A stretch of DNA of 62,939 bases, filler included, from Stramenopiles sp. TOSAG23-6 (taxonomy: Eukaryota): the NCBI GenBank assembly GCA_900128565.1. It is 9 parts of 9 records of this genome, joined end to end, with 100 filler letters (N's around TTAATTAATTAA, not from the genome) between each part and the next. Parts side by side here need not be neighbours in the genome. Positions count along the whole stretch, not along the records: positions 1 to 7,668 come from LT636536.1; positions 7,769 to 15,428 come from LT636537.1; 7 more parts are not named here. One strand, 5' to 3'. The notes beneath the pieces were generated by a model. That model was not told the origin of the DNA, ran no database searches, and saw nothing but the letters and a program-made list of their open reading frames with translations. Position numbers and translations under genes: made by a program. This document shows, piece by piece, positions 1-11,745 of this stretch (its first letter is position 1; each line of letters begins with the position of its first letter).

Positions 1-54
1 AAATTTCGTACCTAACGATTTTTTTTACTAAAAAAATATTTTTCCAAAATACAT
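1..54 (+). other. 3' part of an introner-family intron (hairpin/branch motif TTTCGTACCTAAC, end AATACAT or CATAG)
   Basis: Same motif as the other family copies. The downstream frame reads IDATELENVM (EF-hand). The acceptor could be AT (54) or AG (56). Confidence 0.7.
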
Positions 55-2473
55 AGATGCAACAGAATTAGAAAATGTTATGGTGACTGCAGGTTGGTGC
101 CTCACAGCCCCACAAATTCGAAATTTATTGAATGAATTCGATGATAATGGAGATGGTGTATTAGATTTTGGGGAATTTTTGAAAATAATTGATTATTTAA
201 GAGTCCAAGAAGAAGATTCTATCATATCTGGTGAGGATACTGATAGCAGCGATGAAGACGAAGATAGTGAACAAGTTCATGAAGAAAAAAAGGATAAAGC
301 AAAGAATCGTTTTGGAAGATTCAATTTTGGTAAGAAAGCGAATAATCTCCGAACCAAAAATTCGCGCCGAAATACTTTATTTAATAAGTTAACGGGTGTG
401 ATTAACAGGCCGAAACAAGTGGTGAAACTTCCAGAGAAAACAACAAAAGATTTTCCTGAGGTTGATACCATTGGAATATCTTTGGCTATTTTGCAAAGGT
501 TAGCTAGTATTGTCCCTGAAGGAATGACAAGTGGAGAACTAATTTTGTATATAATTCAGCCAGAAACTAAAGAAAAGCAGAGAAGTTTTCTTCGTGAAAT
601 TTGGAATTTACAGCAAAATAAGATTAAGGTAAATAATAATACGAAGAAAACAAGATTGTCAACGCAGTCTAAAACCAACGAAGATGAGAGGAAGAATAAT
701 ATTGCAGATGCTCGTCGCTCTTTCAAATGGTCAATGTGTATAGATGAAACTAGATCATTAATTGGAACTTCAACACATTATGTGTGTCACTCCTTGAGTT
801 CATCATTTAGTGAAATGGTCGACGCCCTCACAAACTTTGAAAAACAATGGAAATCTGGGGAGATCGAAGGTGGGGGTCGAAAAAATGATCCTCGAACTGG
901 AAAGAATATTGAAGCACCACCGATATATTACTGGATTGATATATTTTCTGTGGATCAAAATTTTTACAAAACTGAAGGGAAAGTAGGCAACCAGCTTCCA
1001 GATGACTTTTTTTCCAGTAAGAAACTTTCCAATTCTATGGGAGTCGATGAAGCTAAAAAAACTGATAATAGAGCAAATATTGTGATGATACCAGGTGAAT
1101 GGAATGATATTAAACCTTTAAATTCCCTCTTTTGTTTATGGTCAATATATGTTGCCATGACAAGAGATATTCCCAAAAGTGGAAAATGCCATAATACGAA
1201 AGAAAATCCATTGACGATTCAAGATAAATATTCTCAAGATACATCTAGTGGAAAGATATATTTAGCGTTTACGAAACAACAACACTTCAACTTAAGAGAA
1301 GCAATGCTTAGCGATTTTGATAGTGTTTTGTCATCATTTTCATCAATTGACTGCGAGAATGCAATTTCCTCGAGTACTAAGGAACGTCAAGATATACTTC
1401 TTAATGTAGAACTTGATGGAGTCGGGAATCTCAACAAAGTTACCGAAAATGCTATGCTTCACTGGCTTGCGGAACATGGGCTTCGGGAATCGGAGATACT
1501 GGAGGAACACCGAGGAAGCAAAAATGACGGTCTACAGTTGCTTCGACTGGGACTTTCAACATTACTGTGTCAGATTGGTCGACATGAAGATGCATCGCCC
1601 CTTCTTCGCAGTGTTGCACAGGCAAGAGAAAAAGTTATTGGACTGACAAATGCGAAGACTTTAGATGTTATGGATGCTTTTGCAAAAAATCTTAAAGATC
1701 TTGGAGAATTCGAAGAATCCGAAGCTGTTTATTGGCGTCTACTGAACGCTAGAGAATTTTCAAATGGAAGCGATGCAGTTTCTACCTTGATGTGTACCAT
1801 TCATCTTGCCGATCTTCTACGTATGAGACAGAAATTAGCTCCTGCGCATAAACTCTACAGTAAAGCTCTTCAAGGCTACGAAAACATCGCAGGAAAAAAT
1901 GCTAGATCAACACAAGAATGTCGCGAACGTTTGAAGTTACTTGAGCGGCACGCCAGTGCTGAAAAAGTGATATCACTTCATCGTCATGAACTTGCTAAAT
2001 TTGAAAGAACATGCGGGCCAAATCACCAAGATACACTGGGGAAAGTCGCGCAACTCGTACATTCTTTAATAGCAACTGAACGTCTTGACGAAGCCGAGAA
2101 GCTAATCATTGAACGAATTTTGCCTGGGTGGATTCCAAAGTGGAGTATTTCACATCCTAAATGTCGTCGAATAATAAGGCAGCTTGCAAAAATATGTCAT
2201 ATACGTGGCGAAATTAAACGTGCAAAAGCGTTATACGCTTCCCTCGGATGCGAAGATATTATTTGCGAGCAAAACGTTACATTTGCAAAAGAAATACTTT
2301 CAGGCCTTTCACGTTACAAGCAAGGAGATTCACTCTTAGAAATACGGAATCATGGCTCAAACAAGCAGCTGAAAATTTACCTGGCTAACAGAGGAGTTTC
2401 ATGCGACGAGATAGACGAAGCCGAGCGTAGAATTAAAGTTGAAGACGACGAGCTACATATAGAAGGTAAATAA
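55..2473 (+). CDS. EF-hand plus TPR (kinesin-light-chain-like repeat) protein, 5'-partial
   Basis: EF-hand loop DDNGDGVLDFGEF; YYWIDIFSVDQ motif; C-terminal TPR-like repeats such as LGEFEESEAVYWRLL and LYSKALQGYENIAG. Confidence 0.75.
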
Positions 2474-2510
2474 ATTATAAGTAAATACATTAATTTATTA
2501 TCTACACATA

Positions 2511-5500
2511 TTACCCAAATAATATATCACCATTTGGAAGAGTTTTTGTTCCTGTTAAACGCAGTTGTGTTTGTTGAATAGTTTTATCTTTTAAATCATT
2601 AATTTTTTTGAATATGTTGTCGTGGTGATCAAATGTGATTCCCACAAGTGACTGTTTATTGGGTGCAATATTTTTTCTATATTTTACAGTGTAAGACGGG
2701 TTTTCAGAATTATGTGATAGATCGATAGTTTGTAATTTTTTAGTAGATACATTAGCTTGTACTGGAACTTCTTTGATGTCAATATCATCATTTTTTATTG
2801 ACGCTTTGACAAGATGATGTCGAAGTATCGCTTCATGATGATCCTTTGATTCTTTGACCGCATTCAATATATGGGTTTTGTGGGCACTGCGCTCACGTTC
2901 CAATGTCAGTTCCAACTCAGCTGTTTTTTTTTTCACGAACTCATTTTTCATTTTACTTGCGTGTTCCTGAATCACAGCAAGTTCTTCCTCGTGTTTTTGT
3001 GCGAGTTTGCTGACTGCATCTTCCGCTGTCTCTGTAAGTCGAGCTAATTGGGATGCGAATGCGTCTTGATCTTTCTGTCGCATCTCGGTAAATTTCTTCT
3101 GCTCTATTTCACAAAATTTGACTGCTTCTTCTTTGACGCGAACAATTTCAGCATTGTGTTTCACTTCCATTGCCTTCACAGCAAATGAGACCTCACATAA
3201 TTCAGCTTCATGTTTCGCTGACAACTTCTGTGCCATTGCGGTGATAAACTCTTCTTTTTTTTCTTTCAATGTTTTCACTGCAATAGCTACTTCGGCTAAC
3301 TCTGTATCATGTTTTGTCTTCAACTCTTTTATACGAAGCGCTACATATTCATTCTTTTTCGATTCCATATCAAGTTTCGCCTTAGAAAGCTCAGTTTCGT
3401 GTTTCGCAATTAATTCTGCAGTCGCCGCTAAAATAGCACTTTCGACATATTCTTCTTTGACTTTGTTTAATTTCTTTACTAGCTTTGTTTGATTTGAATA
3501 ATTCAGCTCTCTGTCGGATGCATTTTTCTGCTTCAATGATGAAGTTACTTGGTTATAATGTATTTGGAATTCTACAATCTTTTCATCTATTTTAAGTGCG
3601 TTCTTTGATGCGAGACTTGCAAGCTCATGTTCGTGTCTAAGCTTCAATGTTGAAATTTCTTGATGATGAACTTCATCTTTTTGCTTTTTTTCACACAAAA
3701 TCAAGTCTTGAATTGCTTTCAATTGGTGTTCACTAGATTCACTATACTGTATTTTTTGTTTTTCAAGTTCTCCTTCCAGGAGTAAAACTTGATTTTGTGC
3801 GACCTCTACGGAACGTTTCGTCGTAGCAAGTTTTCCAGCTGAAATATCTCGTGCTTCCTGTAGCACCAATAAATGATGCTCTGCGCATTCATCATATTGT
3901 GACTCCATCGCTTTCATTTTTTTTTCAAGGGCTGCAGTACGGGATTGAGATATTTCGTACCTTTTTTGTACTACATCAGCATTGTTCTGAACCGTTTCAA
4001 GTTTTTGTGTCAATTTGACACGCGCTTCTTCAAGCTCTCCTAAGTGATGCTCTGTAGATTCGCTATACTGTAACTCCATTACCCTAATCTTTTGTTCAAG
4101 ATCAGTGGCATTAGATTGTGCTGCATCTGCATTATGCTGAACTGTAACAGATGCCGTCTGTGCTTCTTGAAGAGCGATGAATTGTTGCTCCTCATGTTGG
4201 AAATATTGTGACTCTAATTTGTGTATGCTCTCCCTGAGAGAACATAACTCGCCCTCGTGCTGTTTTCTTAAATTCTCCACGAAATCAATATGTATTTTTT
4301 CCAAGGAGGCAATTTGTGCATCATAATTTTCTTTGGGATACATACGATGTTGAGAGACTGAAATACGAAGCTGCTCAAGATCTTTTTTCTTTAAAACAAG
4401 AGATGCTTCAAGCTCTTTACATTTCACCTCGTTGTTTTTGTATTGATCTGTCAGACGTTTATATTCTGACTGCCAATGTTTCGCATCTTTCACAGCACGA
4501 TCTAACTCAATTCTAAGTGTTTTATTATGTGAAGCTGCAGATTTTTCCTCAAAATCTTGCATCGCTTTTGCTAGAGCATTCTTTTGGACAGATGCAAGCT
4601 CATTCAAAGCGGATTCACGCTGTTTAGATGCATCTTGGAGCATACGTTTTACTTCAGATTCATGGCTTTCCTTTAGATGTTCAATTTCTTGGACATGTAC
4701 ATGACACAACTCGGACTCTCGGCGTTCAGCTCGTGTTTTAATGCAAGTACTATAGTTTTCCAACTCTGTAATTTTTTTGTGCAAACTCTCTATGCGATCT
4801 TCAAATTTTGTGTCATTCTCGACACATAAATTTTGCTTTATCTTTGATATTTCCTCATTAAGACGCGATATCTCCGATTTATGCGAAGATTCGATTTCTT
4901 GCCGTTCTTTATTAAAATCTTTTAACTTTTTATTTAATGTAGCAATGGTAGATTGGAGATGACGAACTTCAGTTTCCTCAGATTCTTTCTCTGTAATTGT
5001 TATTGCAAGTCGACTTTGTGCTGTGCGAGCAAGATTGCGTAGCTCTTCTAATCGAGATTTAGCCAATGTTTGTTCATGGTCGGCAATTTGGAGTTTATTT
5101 TGTAACTCTTTAATACGATCAACATGCAGCCTTATACTTTCTTTATCTTTTAATTGACATTCCGATAATTCAACATTTACTGATTTTTGTAATTCAAATT
5201 CACGACGTAAACGATCAACATCAGCATTATGCACAGCCAAATCTTTCATTTCACCTTGAAGTTGCATTTTAACAAATTTGCTATCTTTTCTCAGATCGTT
5301 TGCTATTTTTAGCTGTTGTTGTTCATGACGAACTCTTAAACGATTAATATCTTGCTGTAAAACATTTATTTTACTTTCTTTCTCTGTCAATACAACTTTA
5401 GTATCATCTACAACATCTTGTAACTCACGAAGTTTCATTTCATTAGAATGACACTCACTCTTATAACTTCCTATTTGTGTCAAAAATACATCAATACGCT

Positions 5501-7610
5501 TACGCTGCCGGGCTAATTCGGCCACAAGTGAAGTACATTTCCCCTCAGATACCACACGAGAGGCTTCTGCCTCAGTTACACTATCTTGAAGTATGATATT
5601 TTTTGACCGAAACATTGCAATTTCAGCCTGATGACTTTTAATTATAGCTTCCAATTTTTTCTTCTGATTACTTGCTCGAGCACGACGTATTTCCAATTCT
5701 TTCTCAAATTCCAATGTGTTGGTTGCTGATAAATCTGATGCGTTTTGTATTTCTCGTTTCAATTCTTCACACTCATTTTTTCTCTGATCACACTCGATTG
5801 TCTTTGTTCGCAGATGAACCCTTATTTCTTCAATTCTATGCCGCTGTCGTTGAAGTTCATGAAAATTTGATGAATAAAGGTTTTGTGTACCATCCAAGGA
5901 AGATACAGGTAATGTATTTTCCAAATTCGATTGTGGTTTGTGGTTAGTATTTTTTTGTATTTCACTCAACTTTGATTCCAACTCTACATTTTTAATTTTC
6001 ATCAAACGAAGCTCTTCCATTTTTTCAGAGAATAATAACTTTTGTTCCATATTCCTATTTTCATATTTCAATGATGAAGATTCCAAACTTTCCTTCAGTT
6101 TTGAACTTAGTTTAAGGTCCATATCCTGCAAACTCTTCGCCAGCGCAGCTTCAGCTCTTATTTTCTCCTCTTTCAATGCTAGCCTATGTGTTTCCAATAA
6201 TTGTTTTGTTTTATGTTTCAATGTATTTTTAGCTATTATTTCGTTGTTTTTCAATAATTGTGAAGATTCTGAAAGACGATCTTCAAACTCAATTGTAGAT
6301 AAAGAATACTTTTCAGTAAATGCCTCACTAATACTCGAAATTTCTTCTTTGTTTGAATTAACAACTCTCGATAGTTCTTCTTCATAGGATGAGTGCACTT
6401 TAGAAAACTTTTCTTTTTCTTCCGTTAATTGCTTCAGAATTTCAATTCGACATTTATTTTCACATTTTTGAAGGCTTTCCTCAGATGATCTCTGTGCAAA
6501 CTCCATACGAGATTTTATGTTTGCAACAGCTTCATTTTTTTCATTATCTTTTTTACTCATCATTTTATGCTCCTTATTTATAGCGTTTACTTCATATAAT
6601 TCGTATGCCTCCTCCACATTGTGCAATTTTTGTGTTATGAGAGAAACTTCAGTCTGTGAGAATTTAGCTTCATCTGTCACATGGGCAACTGCCGATTCAA
6701 GTTTTTTACGAGATAATAGAATAGAAGTATCATATTTTTGCTGCAGACTTTTGATATTACTGTTTAAACGTTCCATGACATCATCGTTTTCATTACATTT
6801 ACGTTGTAGAGACCGTAAACGTGATTTTGTTGAACTAACCTCGCGATGAGCAGCAGTGACATCGTTTTTCATCTTTTTATTCCGCATATTTAGTTCTTGT
6901 GTCTCTTTTCGATAAATTCCAGATAGTTCGCACATATCAACCTCTTTTGCCTTTGAAATCGATGCATTTTCTTCAATGAGTTTCATTTCTCGCTCTTTCG
7001 ATTCAGCTAAAGCTTGTTCTACGCTTTGAAAAGACATCTCAAGCTTGGCATTTTCAGCTGCCACACGAGCTCTTTCGCGCTCGATAGGCTCCATAAGGAA
7101 AACTTTCTCGGCCGAAGCTCGTTGTTTCTGAGCACGAAGTAACGAGTGTAATAATTTGATTTCATCATTAGCTTGTTTCAATTCTTCTACAGTACTCTGA
7201 ATTATACTCGCACTTTGGCGCCTTTCTTCCACCAACATTGAGTTTTTTGCTGCTAAAGCCAAATTCGACAAATGCAATTTTTGCTTCAAACTTGAAATAA
7301 GAGCACCAACACCAGCACGATGTACATAAGAATTATTCGTAATAGTTTGTGTAGATGCAGTACAAGCGATAGACCTCGTGGACTTCCTGTAGTCTTGCAT
7401 TTCATTCCTCTGAAGTTCTCTCTGAACGTGTGATTCATTAGAAGATGAGCTTATATTTTTATGTATGGCATTTGAATCATTAATACAGTTATTATGGGTA
7501 TTTGTACATGACTGCTCTATTACTTCTTGATCAAACATCTGCATTGTGATACTTTGCCTTAGAGCTCTCTCGGCAGCTATGCGTTGCTCTCTCGCTTGTC
7601 TCAATGACAA
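2511..7610 (-). CDS. Very long intronless coiled-coil protein (may extend to the contig edge)
   Basis: 1699-aa ORF of E/K/L/Q-rich heptad pattern with no recognisable globular domain. Confidence 0.75.
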   Translation of the reverse strand: MSLRQAREQRIAAERALRQSITMQMFDQEVIEQSCTNTHNNCINDSNAIHKNISSSSNESHVQRELQRNEMQDYRKSTRSIACTASTQTITNNSYVHRAGVGALISSLKQKLHLSNLALAAKNSMLVEERRQSASIIQSTVEELKQANDEIKLLHSLLRAQKQRASAEKVFLMEPIERERARVAAENAKLEMSFQSVEQALAESKEREMKLIEENASISKAKEVDMCELSGIYRKETQELNMRNKKMKNDVTAAHREVSSTKSRLRSLQRKCNENDDVMERLNSNIKSLQQKYDTSILLSRKKLESAVAHVTDEAKFSQTEVSLITQKLHNVEEAYELYEVNAINKEHKMMSKKDNEKNEAVANIKSRMEFAQRSSEESLQKCENKCRIEILKQLTEEKEKFSKVHSSYEEELSRVVNSNKEEISSISEAFTEKYSLSTIEFEDRLSESSQLLKNNEIIAKNTLKHKTKQLLETHRLALKEEKIRAEAALAKSLQDMDLKLSSKLKESLESSSLKYENRNMEQKLLFSEKMEELRLMKIKNVELESKLSEIQKNTNHKPQSNLENTLPVSSLDGTQNLYSSNFHELQRQRHRIEEIRVHLRTKTIECDQRKNECEELKREIQNASDLSATNTLEFEKELEIRRARASNQKKKLEAIIKSHQAEIAMFRSKNIILQDSVTEAEASRVVSEGKCTSLVAELARQRKRIDVFLTQIGSYKSECHSNEMKLRELQDVVDDTKVVLTEKESKINVLQQDINRLRVRHEQQQLKIANDLRKDSKFVKMQLQGEMKDLAVHNADVDRLRREFELQKSVNVELSECQLKDKESIRLHVDRIKELQNKLQIADHEQTLAKSRLEELRNLARTAQSRLAITITEKESEETEVRHLQSTIATLNKKLKDFNKERQEIESSHKSEISRLNEEISKIKQNLCVENDTKFEDRIESLHKKITELENYSTCIKTRAERRESELCHVHVQEIEHLKESHESEVKRMLQDASKQRESALNELASVQKNALAKAMQDFEEKSAASHNKTLRIELDRAVKDAKHWQSEYKRLTDQYKNNEVKCKELEASLVLKKKDLEQLRISVSQHRMYPKENYDAQIASLEKIHIDFVENLRKQHEGELCSLRESIHKLESQYFQHEEQQFIALQEAQTASVTVQHNADAAQSNATDLEQKIRVMELQYSESTEHHLGELEEARVKLTQKLETVQNNADVVQKRYEISQSRTAALEKKMKAMESQYDECAEHHLLVLQEARDISAGKLATTKRSVEVAQNQVLLLEGELEKQKIQYSESSEHQLKAIQDLILCEKKQKDEVHHQEISTLKLRHEHELASLASKNALKIDEKIVEFQIHYNQVTSSLKQKNASDRELNYSNQTKLVKKLNKVKEEYVESAILAATAELIAKHETELSKAKLDMESKKNEYVALRIKELKTKHDTELAEVAIAVKTLKEKKEEFITAMAQKLSAKHEAELCEVSFAVKAMEVKHNAEIVRVKEEAVKFCEIEQKKFTEMRQKDQDAFASQLARLTETAEDAVSKLAQKHEEELAVIQEHASKMKNEFVKKKTAELELTLERERSAHKTHILNAVKESKDHHEAILRHHLVKASIKNDDIDIKEVPVQANVSTKKLQTIDLSHNSENPSYTVKYRKNIAPNKQSLVGITFDHHDNIFKKINDLKDKTIQQTQLRLTGTKTLPNGDILFG

Positions 7611-7668
7611 TATTTGTGGAGATATGTCATCGACAAAGTTAGCTATATCCTCTTGTGGAGATATGTCA

Positions 7669-7768
7669 NNNNNNNNNNNNNNNNNNNNNNNNNNNNNNNN
7701 NNNNNNNNNNNNTTAATTAATTAANNNNNNNNNNNNNNNNNNNNNNNNNNNNNNNNNNNNNNNNNNNN
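7669..7768. other. Artificial contig spacer N-TTAATTAATTAA-N; recurs with cores near 15473, 23227, 30969, 38701, 46412, 54112, 61802
   Basis: Identical stop-in-all-frames 12-mer between N runs about every 7.7 kb. Contig lengths decrease steadily along the window. Confidence 0.97.
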
Positions 7769-7823
7769 TTTTGTACCTAACAAATTTTTTAGATTTTTTT
7801 TGAAATATTTTCCTAAAATACAT

Positions 7824-8283
7824 GGTATTTACTCAAGACACTCGTGGTACAGGAGTTCTTAATAAGACTTTTGACGGCTGGGTTCCACATATGGGTAAAA
7901 TAGGCACATTACGAAATAAAGGTGCTCTATGTGCAACAGAACAAGGTCAAACATCAAGTTATGCACTAAATTTGCTTGAACCAAGAGGGACATTATTTTG
8001 TAATCCGGGTACCGAAGTCTATGAAGGTATGATTGTTGGCGAGCACACACGCAGTAATGACCTTGATGTGAACGCAGTGAAAGGAAAACAGTTGAATAAT
8101 ATACGAACAGTTTTAAAAGATGATCAAGTGAAACTTTCCCCTCCTCGCACATTCACTCTTGAAGAAGCTATGGGGTATGTTCGACCTGATGAAATGTTAG
8201 AAGTTACACCTAATTTTATTAGACTTCGTAAAAAGCATCTTGATCCGAATGTTAGACGACGACATGCACGAAATAACAAGTAA
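7824..8283 (+). CDS. typA: TypA/BipA GTPase, C-terminal exon
   Basis: DTRGTG, YALNLLEPRGTLF, VYEGMIVGEH, KQLNNIR, LEVTPNFIRLRK are BipA C-terminal motifs. It is preceded by an introner 3' end (…AATACAT). Confidence 0.92.
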
Positions 8284-8460
8284 AGTAAAAAAATTAAAAA
8301 ATATGAAGTACATTAAAAGATTAAAAAATATTTTTCAAAAGTGCAAAGAAAATATAAATAATATTGTCAATCTCCAATTTATTGTGTTTGAATATTTTTT
8401 AGTAGTAAATGTACAACAAATACTTTGTTTTTTTTCAGTTTAAACGTTATAAAAATATTT

Positions 8461-9507
8461 TCATATAAATATGGATAATACTAAACTTATACATGCGACA
8501 AAACATAGGTGGCTAATTTGAATAGTAGAAGTAGAACCATTACTATTTCTAAGATTAGTGTCACCATTTGTGTTTGTGTTGTTGCCATCATTTGGTGTAT
8601 TTGGTGTATTTGGTGTATTTGGGGTCGTATTTGGAAGAACAACTTCTTTGGGGTTTGCTGGATAACTTTGAGCTTGAACTCCATTTTTATCAAAAGAATT
8701 CTTCACAATGTTGACAAGTTCAGCAGGACATGCTACAGCTTGATATTCTAATTCAGGGTTTCCAGAGGTCCAACCCCACTGTGTGAAGAGCTCACAACCA
8801 CGTTTAATAAGTTTCTCTGCATCAGTACTCGATGGCAGACTACTACAATCACATCCTTTTGTTGTATCTTTCCCATTTGTGTACCATGAGCCACATACTG
8901 ATGATTGTACTTTAGAAATGGTGGTACCTGAAATATCACCACAAATATTGGCGGTTGAGAATTGTAAGTTATCATAACCAGGAGCTGCAATGTCAAGGTG
9001 ATTTTTTCCGACCTCACAGCCGTTACTCCAAGGTGGGCAACGATTCTTCTTAATGACTACAGCAGACCAATCTTTGTTCACAGCAGTTTTATTTCGCACA
9101 AGGACACATTTACCACAGCCCCCATTTTTTGAAGAGTCACGTCCACAACAAGGGTCGTCTTCAGTTCCCATAAAATCGCTTAGCGTATCAGACACGGCGC
9201 CAGTCAACCAAAGTTGTTCACCATACGACGCACCACCAAAATCAGCAGGATTCATTGGAGCATATGATGGAGCGTATATATAAAGAGGATTCTTTGTGCC
9301 ATCCGTAGGCCAGGAATCACCACGAACAACTGTGGCGTCACAAGATGCACCACTGCAATCCCAATAGTGTGTACCTTTAAGACCATCCAGCCAAGTTCCA
9401 GGTGCGGTATTGGCATTAGAAAGACCAGGAAGAAGTTGTTGTTGTGGCGTACATTTCACTGGGTAATAGTTGATTAGGGGTAAGAATAATAGAAATAGCT
9501 TATTCAT
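8461..9507 (-). CDS. GH45-like endoglucanase with signal peptide and probable GPI anchor
   Basis: GTHYWDCSGASC resembles GH45 TTRYWDCC; HLDIAAPG resembles the HFD motif; hydrophobic N- and C-termini; PNT-rich linker. Confidence 0.75.
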   Translation of the reverse strand: MNKLFLLFLPLINYYPVKCTPQQQLLPGLSNANTAPGTWLDGLKGTHYWDCSGASCDATVVRGDSWPTDGTKNPLYIYAPSYAPMNPADFGGASYGEQLWLTGAVSDTLSDFMGTEDDPCCGRDSSKNGGCGKCVLVRNKTAVNKDWSAVVIKKNRCPPWSNGCEVGKNHLDIAAPGYDNLQFSTANICGDISGTTISKVQSSVCGSWYTNGKDTTKGCDCSSLPSSTDAEKLIKRGCELFTQWGWTSGNPELEYQAVACPAELVNIVKNSFDKNGVQAQSYPANPKEVVLPNTTPNTPNTPNTPNDGNNTNTNGDTNLRNSNGSTSTIQISHLCFVACISLVLSIFI

Positions 9508-9765
9508 TTGCTTTAGAATGTTTGCTTTCAGTTTTCAAGTATTTTTTGAAGTGATGGTTTTCTTAATTGGATCTTATTATTGAAGAACTTGCTCTTATTA
9601 TTGAAGAACTTGCTCTTTTGGTAGTATATCTTGCTCAAGACACAATTATTTGATTTTGAGAGATTTGAATTTAAATTAATTTTTTTTTGAAATGGCAAGA
9701 CATAACTTAAGTATAACACTAGTTAATTCCTGCCCCCCATAAGGATATACCACTGAATAAGTAAG

Positions 9766-10386
9766 ATGACGCCGCTCCTTGACCCGGATAAAAATGACGA
9801 CAACAATGCTGATGAGCCAAGCCATAGCCGTGGTATGGAACTTTGCCAGATTTTCATTGTATTTTGTTGTGGTTGCGTGCCCTGCGTGAGTGCCCTTCAG
9901 GACGAATGTGCATGGGATAAGTTGAAGTATCTCATTCTACCTACGTGGTTTTTTGGTGTTTATAGTGGCTTCGTCATTTTCCAACACTACTACATTCGAT
10001 GTTGCAAGTCAGGAGAAATCAAGGGTGTTTCTGCATGGCTCTACAAGATTGCTTTATACGCGCCTTCCATCCTCACGATTCTTCTCATCGTTCTGTTTGC
10101 GCTAGAAACGTCCATGTGTGGTATAAACGGTGGACCGCAACACATTGCACATGGCCCATCTCCTGGTCCCTCCCATGCACCGTTTGCTACTTTGGGATGC
10201 GCCGTTATTGTAGGAATAGTATGGTTGTGTGGCGGTGGTGCAACCCGCCTACGGAAGAGATTCACCTATTTAAGGACTCATACCTGGCAAGAGCAGAAAG
10301 TCACAACTACATATCATCATGATGGTTCGGTTATTACAGATAGAGGTGAGATCGTCACAAGAAGTGAAGCTACGTACACTGTGTAA
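9766..10386 (+). CDS. Hypothetical multi-pass membrane protein
   Basis: 206-aa ATG-initiated ORF with 3-4 hydrophobic segments. Confidence 0.55.
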   Translation: MTPLLDPDKNDDNNADEPSHSRGMELCQIFIVFCCGCVPCVSALQDECAWDKLKYLILPTWFFGVYSGFVIFQHYYIRCCKSGEIKGVSAWLYKIALYAPSILTILLIVLFALETSMCGINGGPQHIAHGPSPGPSHAPFATLGCAVIVGIVWLCGGGATRLRKRFTYLRTHTWQEQKVTTTYHHDGSVITDRGEIVTRSEATYTV

Positions 10387-10574
10387 TCCAAATGAGACTC
10401 CAAATGAATAAAAGAAAACTCGAATATTTCATATCCCAAATAGGGCGTTTAAAAATTAAATTAATAAAATTTTGAAATTTGACGAAATCAAAATTCTACA
10501 TGATTTGGCACTGCGTTGGCATATGTTTTTTCAAAAATACAAAAACCTTTTGGGGGTGGAAAAACTGAAAACAT

Positions 10575-10631
10575 GAACGACTCTTGTACACTAATCATTA
10601 GGGTTAGGGAATGACTCTTGTACAATAATCA
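10575..10631. repeat. TTAGGGTTAGG insert flanked by a 23-bp direct repeat
   Basis: GAACGACTCTTGTACACTAATCA (10575-10597), TTAGGGTTAGG, GAATGACTCTTGTACAATAATCA (10609-10631). Confidence 0.85.
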
Positions 10632-10767
10632 CATCCAAGACGATGGTGCCTTGTGTAATTTGTCCCATGGGAATTTTTTATTAATTTTTTGTTAGGTATA
10701 AAAAAACACAATTTTATATACGCTTCATATAATATATTAAATATATGAAAACAAATATTTAAAATAT

Positions 10768-11745
10768 TTACAATGTACTCTCTGCTAATTTCCTCTTTCT
10801 TTCTGCTTCACCAGCATATCCAAAAGCGCGCATATGATCGAAGCCATTTTCACGTTGATATTTTACCATTTCGCGTGGTCGAAAATTTGCAATAAATGTA
10901 CGTCTTTTTTTATCAGTGCTATTTCCCCGACTGTAATGTAATGTTCTACCTCCCCATATCACAGCATCTCCAGCATTTAGAGGAACACAGACGGCACCTT
11001 TTGTATTTTCATCAATGTCATCTGTGGTTTTGAGTACGTGGCTGCCTTCCCCAGCTGAAGAATGTGGTCGAAGGCCATTCTCATGAGAATGACTTCCTTT
11101 GATGAACCACATTGCGCCATTGTCTATTGTCGCTTCGTCCAATGCACACCAAACTGTCAAAGTGCGTTTATCGGTCATTCCCTTGGGCCAATATGCCTCG
11201 TCTTGGTGCCAAGGAGTTTCAGTTATTGTTCTTGCATTCTTCCAAATAAGCATGTCAAAATCAAAAGCAGCGTCAATACCAACCAATAAACGTGCTATTT
11301 CATAACCTCTAGAATGTACCGGGCCCTCACGACCATGCTTAAATATATCTGATGGCCACATAATTTGCCCGACATTTTCACTTTCTTTAGTGGTACGTTC
11401 TTTATGAGACCCGAGATCGTGTCTTCCAGGAACTAGGAGATTTTGATTGTTGACAAGGTTATTATGCATTGATTTGTACGTGCTCATACTTTCTTTTGGG
11501 ATAAGCCCTCGGACAACAGCGAATCCATTTTCTTCAAAGCTTGTTTGAACCTCTGCCAATTGTGGAGCTAACCATTTTTTATCAAATTCATTCCAACGTA
11601 CATTTATTTGGTGAAGGTGCATACTTTCTTTGCCAACTGGCTCAGGATTTATTTCAGGATCATATCCATACGCTGCATATGATGATGATAGAGCTCGAAT
11701 GTATCGAATTTGAATTCTACCATGAATTCGAATGGAATGAAGCAT
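10768..11745 (-). CDS. PhyH-family Fe(II)/2OG dioxygenase with probable mitochondrial presequence
   Basis: TPWHQDEAYW, VWCALDEATIDNGAMWFIKGSH, LHYSRGN..RR motifs; Arg-rich N-terminus. Confidence 0.88.
   Translation of the reverse strand: MLHSIRIHGRIQIRYIRALSSSYAAYGYDPEINPEPVGKESMHLHQINVRWNEFDKKWLAPQLAEVQTSFEENGFAVVRGLIPKESMSTYKSMHNNLVNNQNLLVPGRHDLGSHKERTTKESENVGQIMWPSDIFKHGREGPVHSRGYEIARLLVGIDAAFDFDMLIWKNARTITETPWHQDEAYWPKGMTDKRTLTVWCALDEATIDNGAMWFIKGSHSHENGLRPHSSAGEGSHVLKTTDDIDENTKGAVCVPLNAGDAVIWGGRTLHYSRGNSTDKKRRTFIANFRPREMVKYQRENGFDHMRAFGYAGEAERKRKLAESTL

Noticed and set aside
7713-7724. Regularly spaced TTAATTAATTAA palindromes
   Set aside because: Artificial spacers embedded in N runs. 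Gene neighbourhoods across them have no biological meaning.
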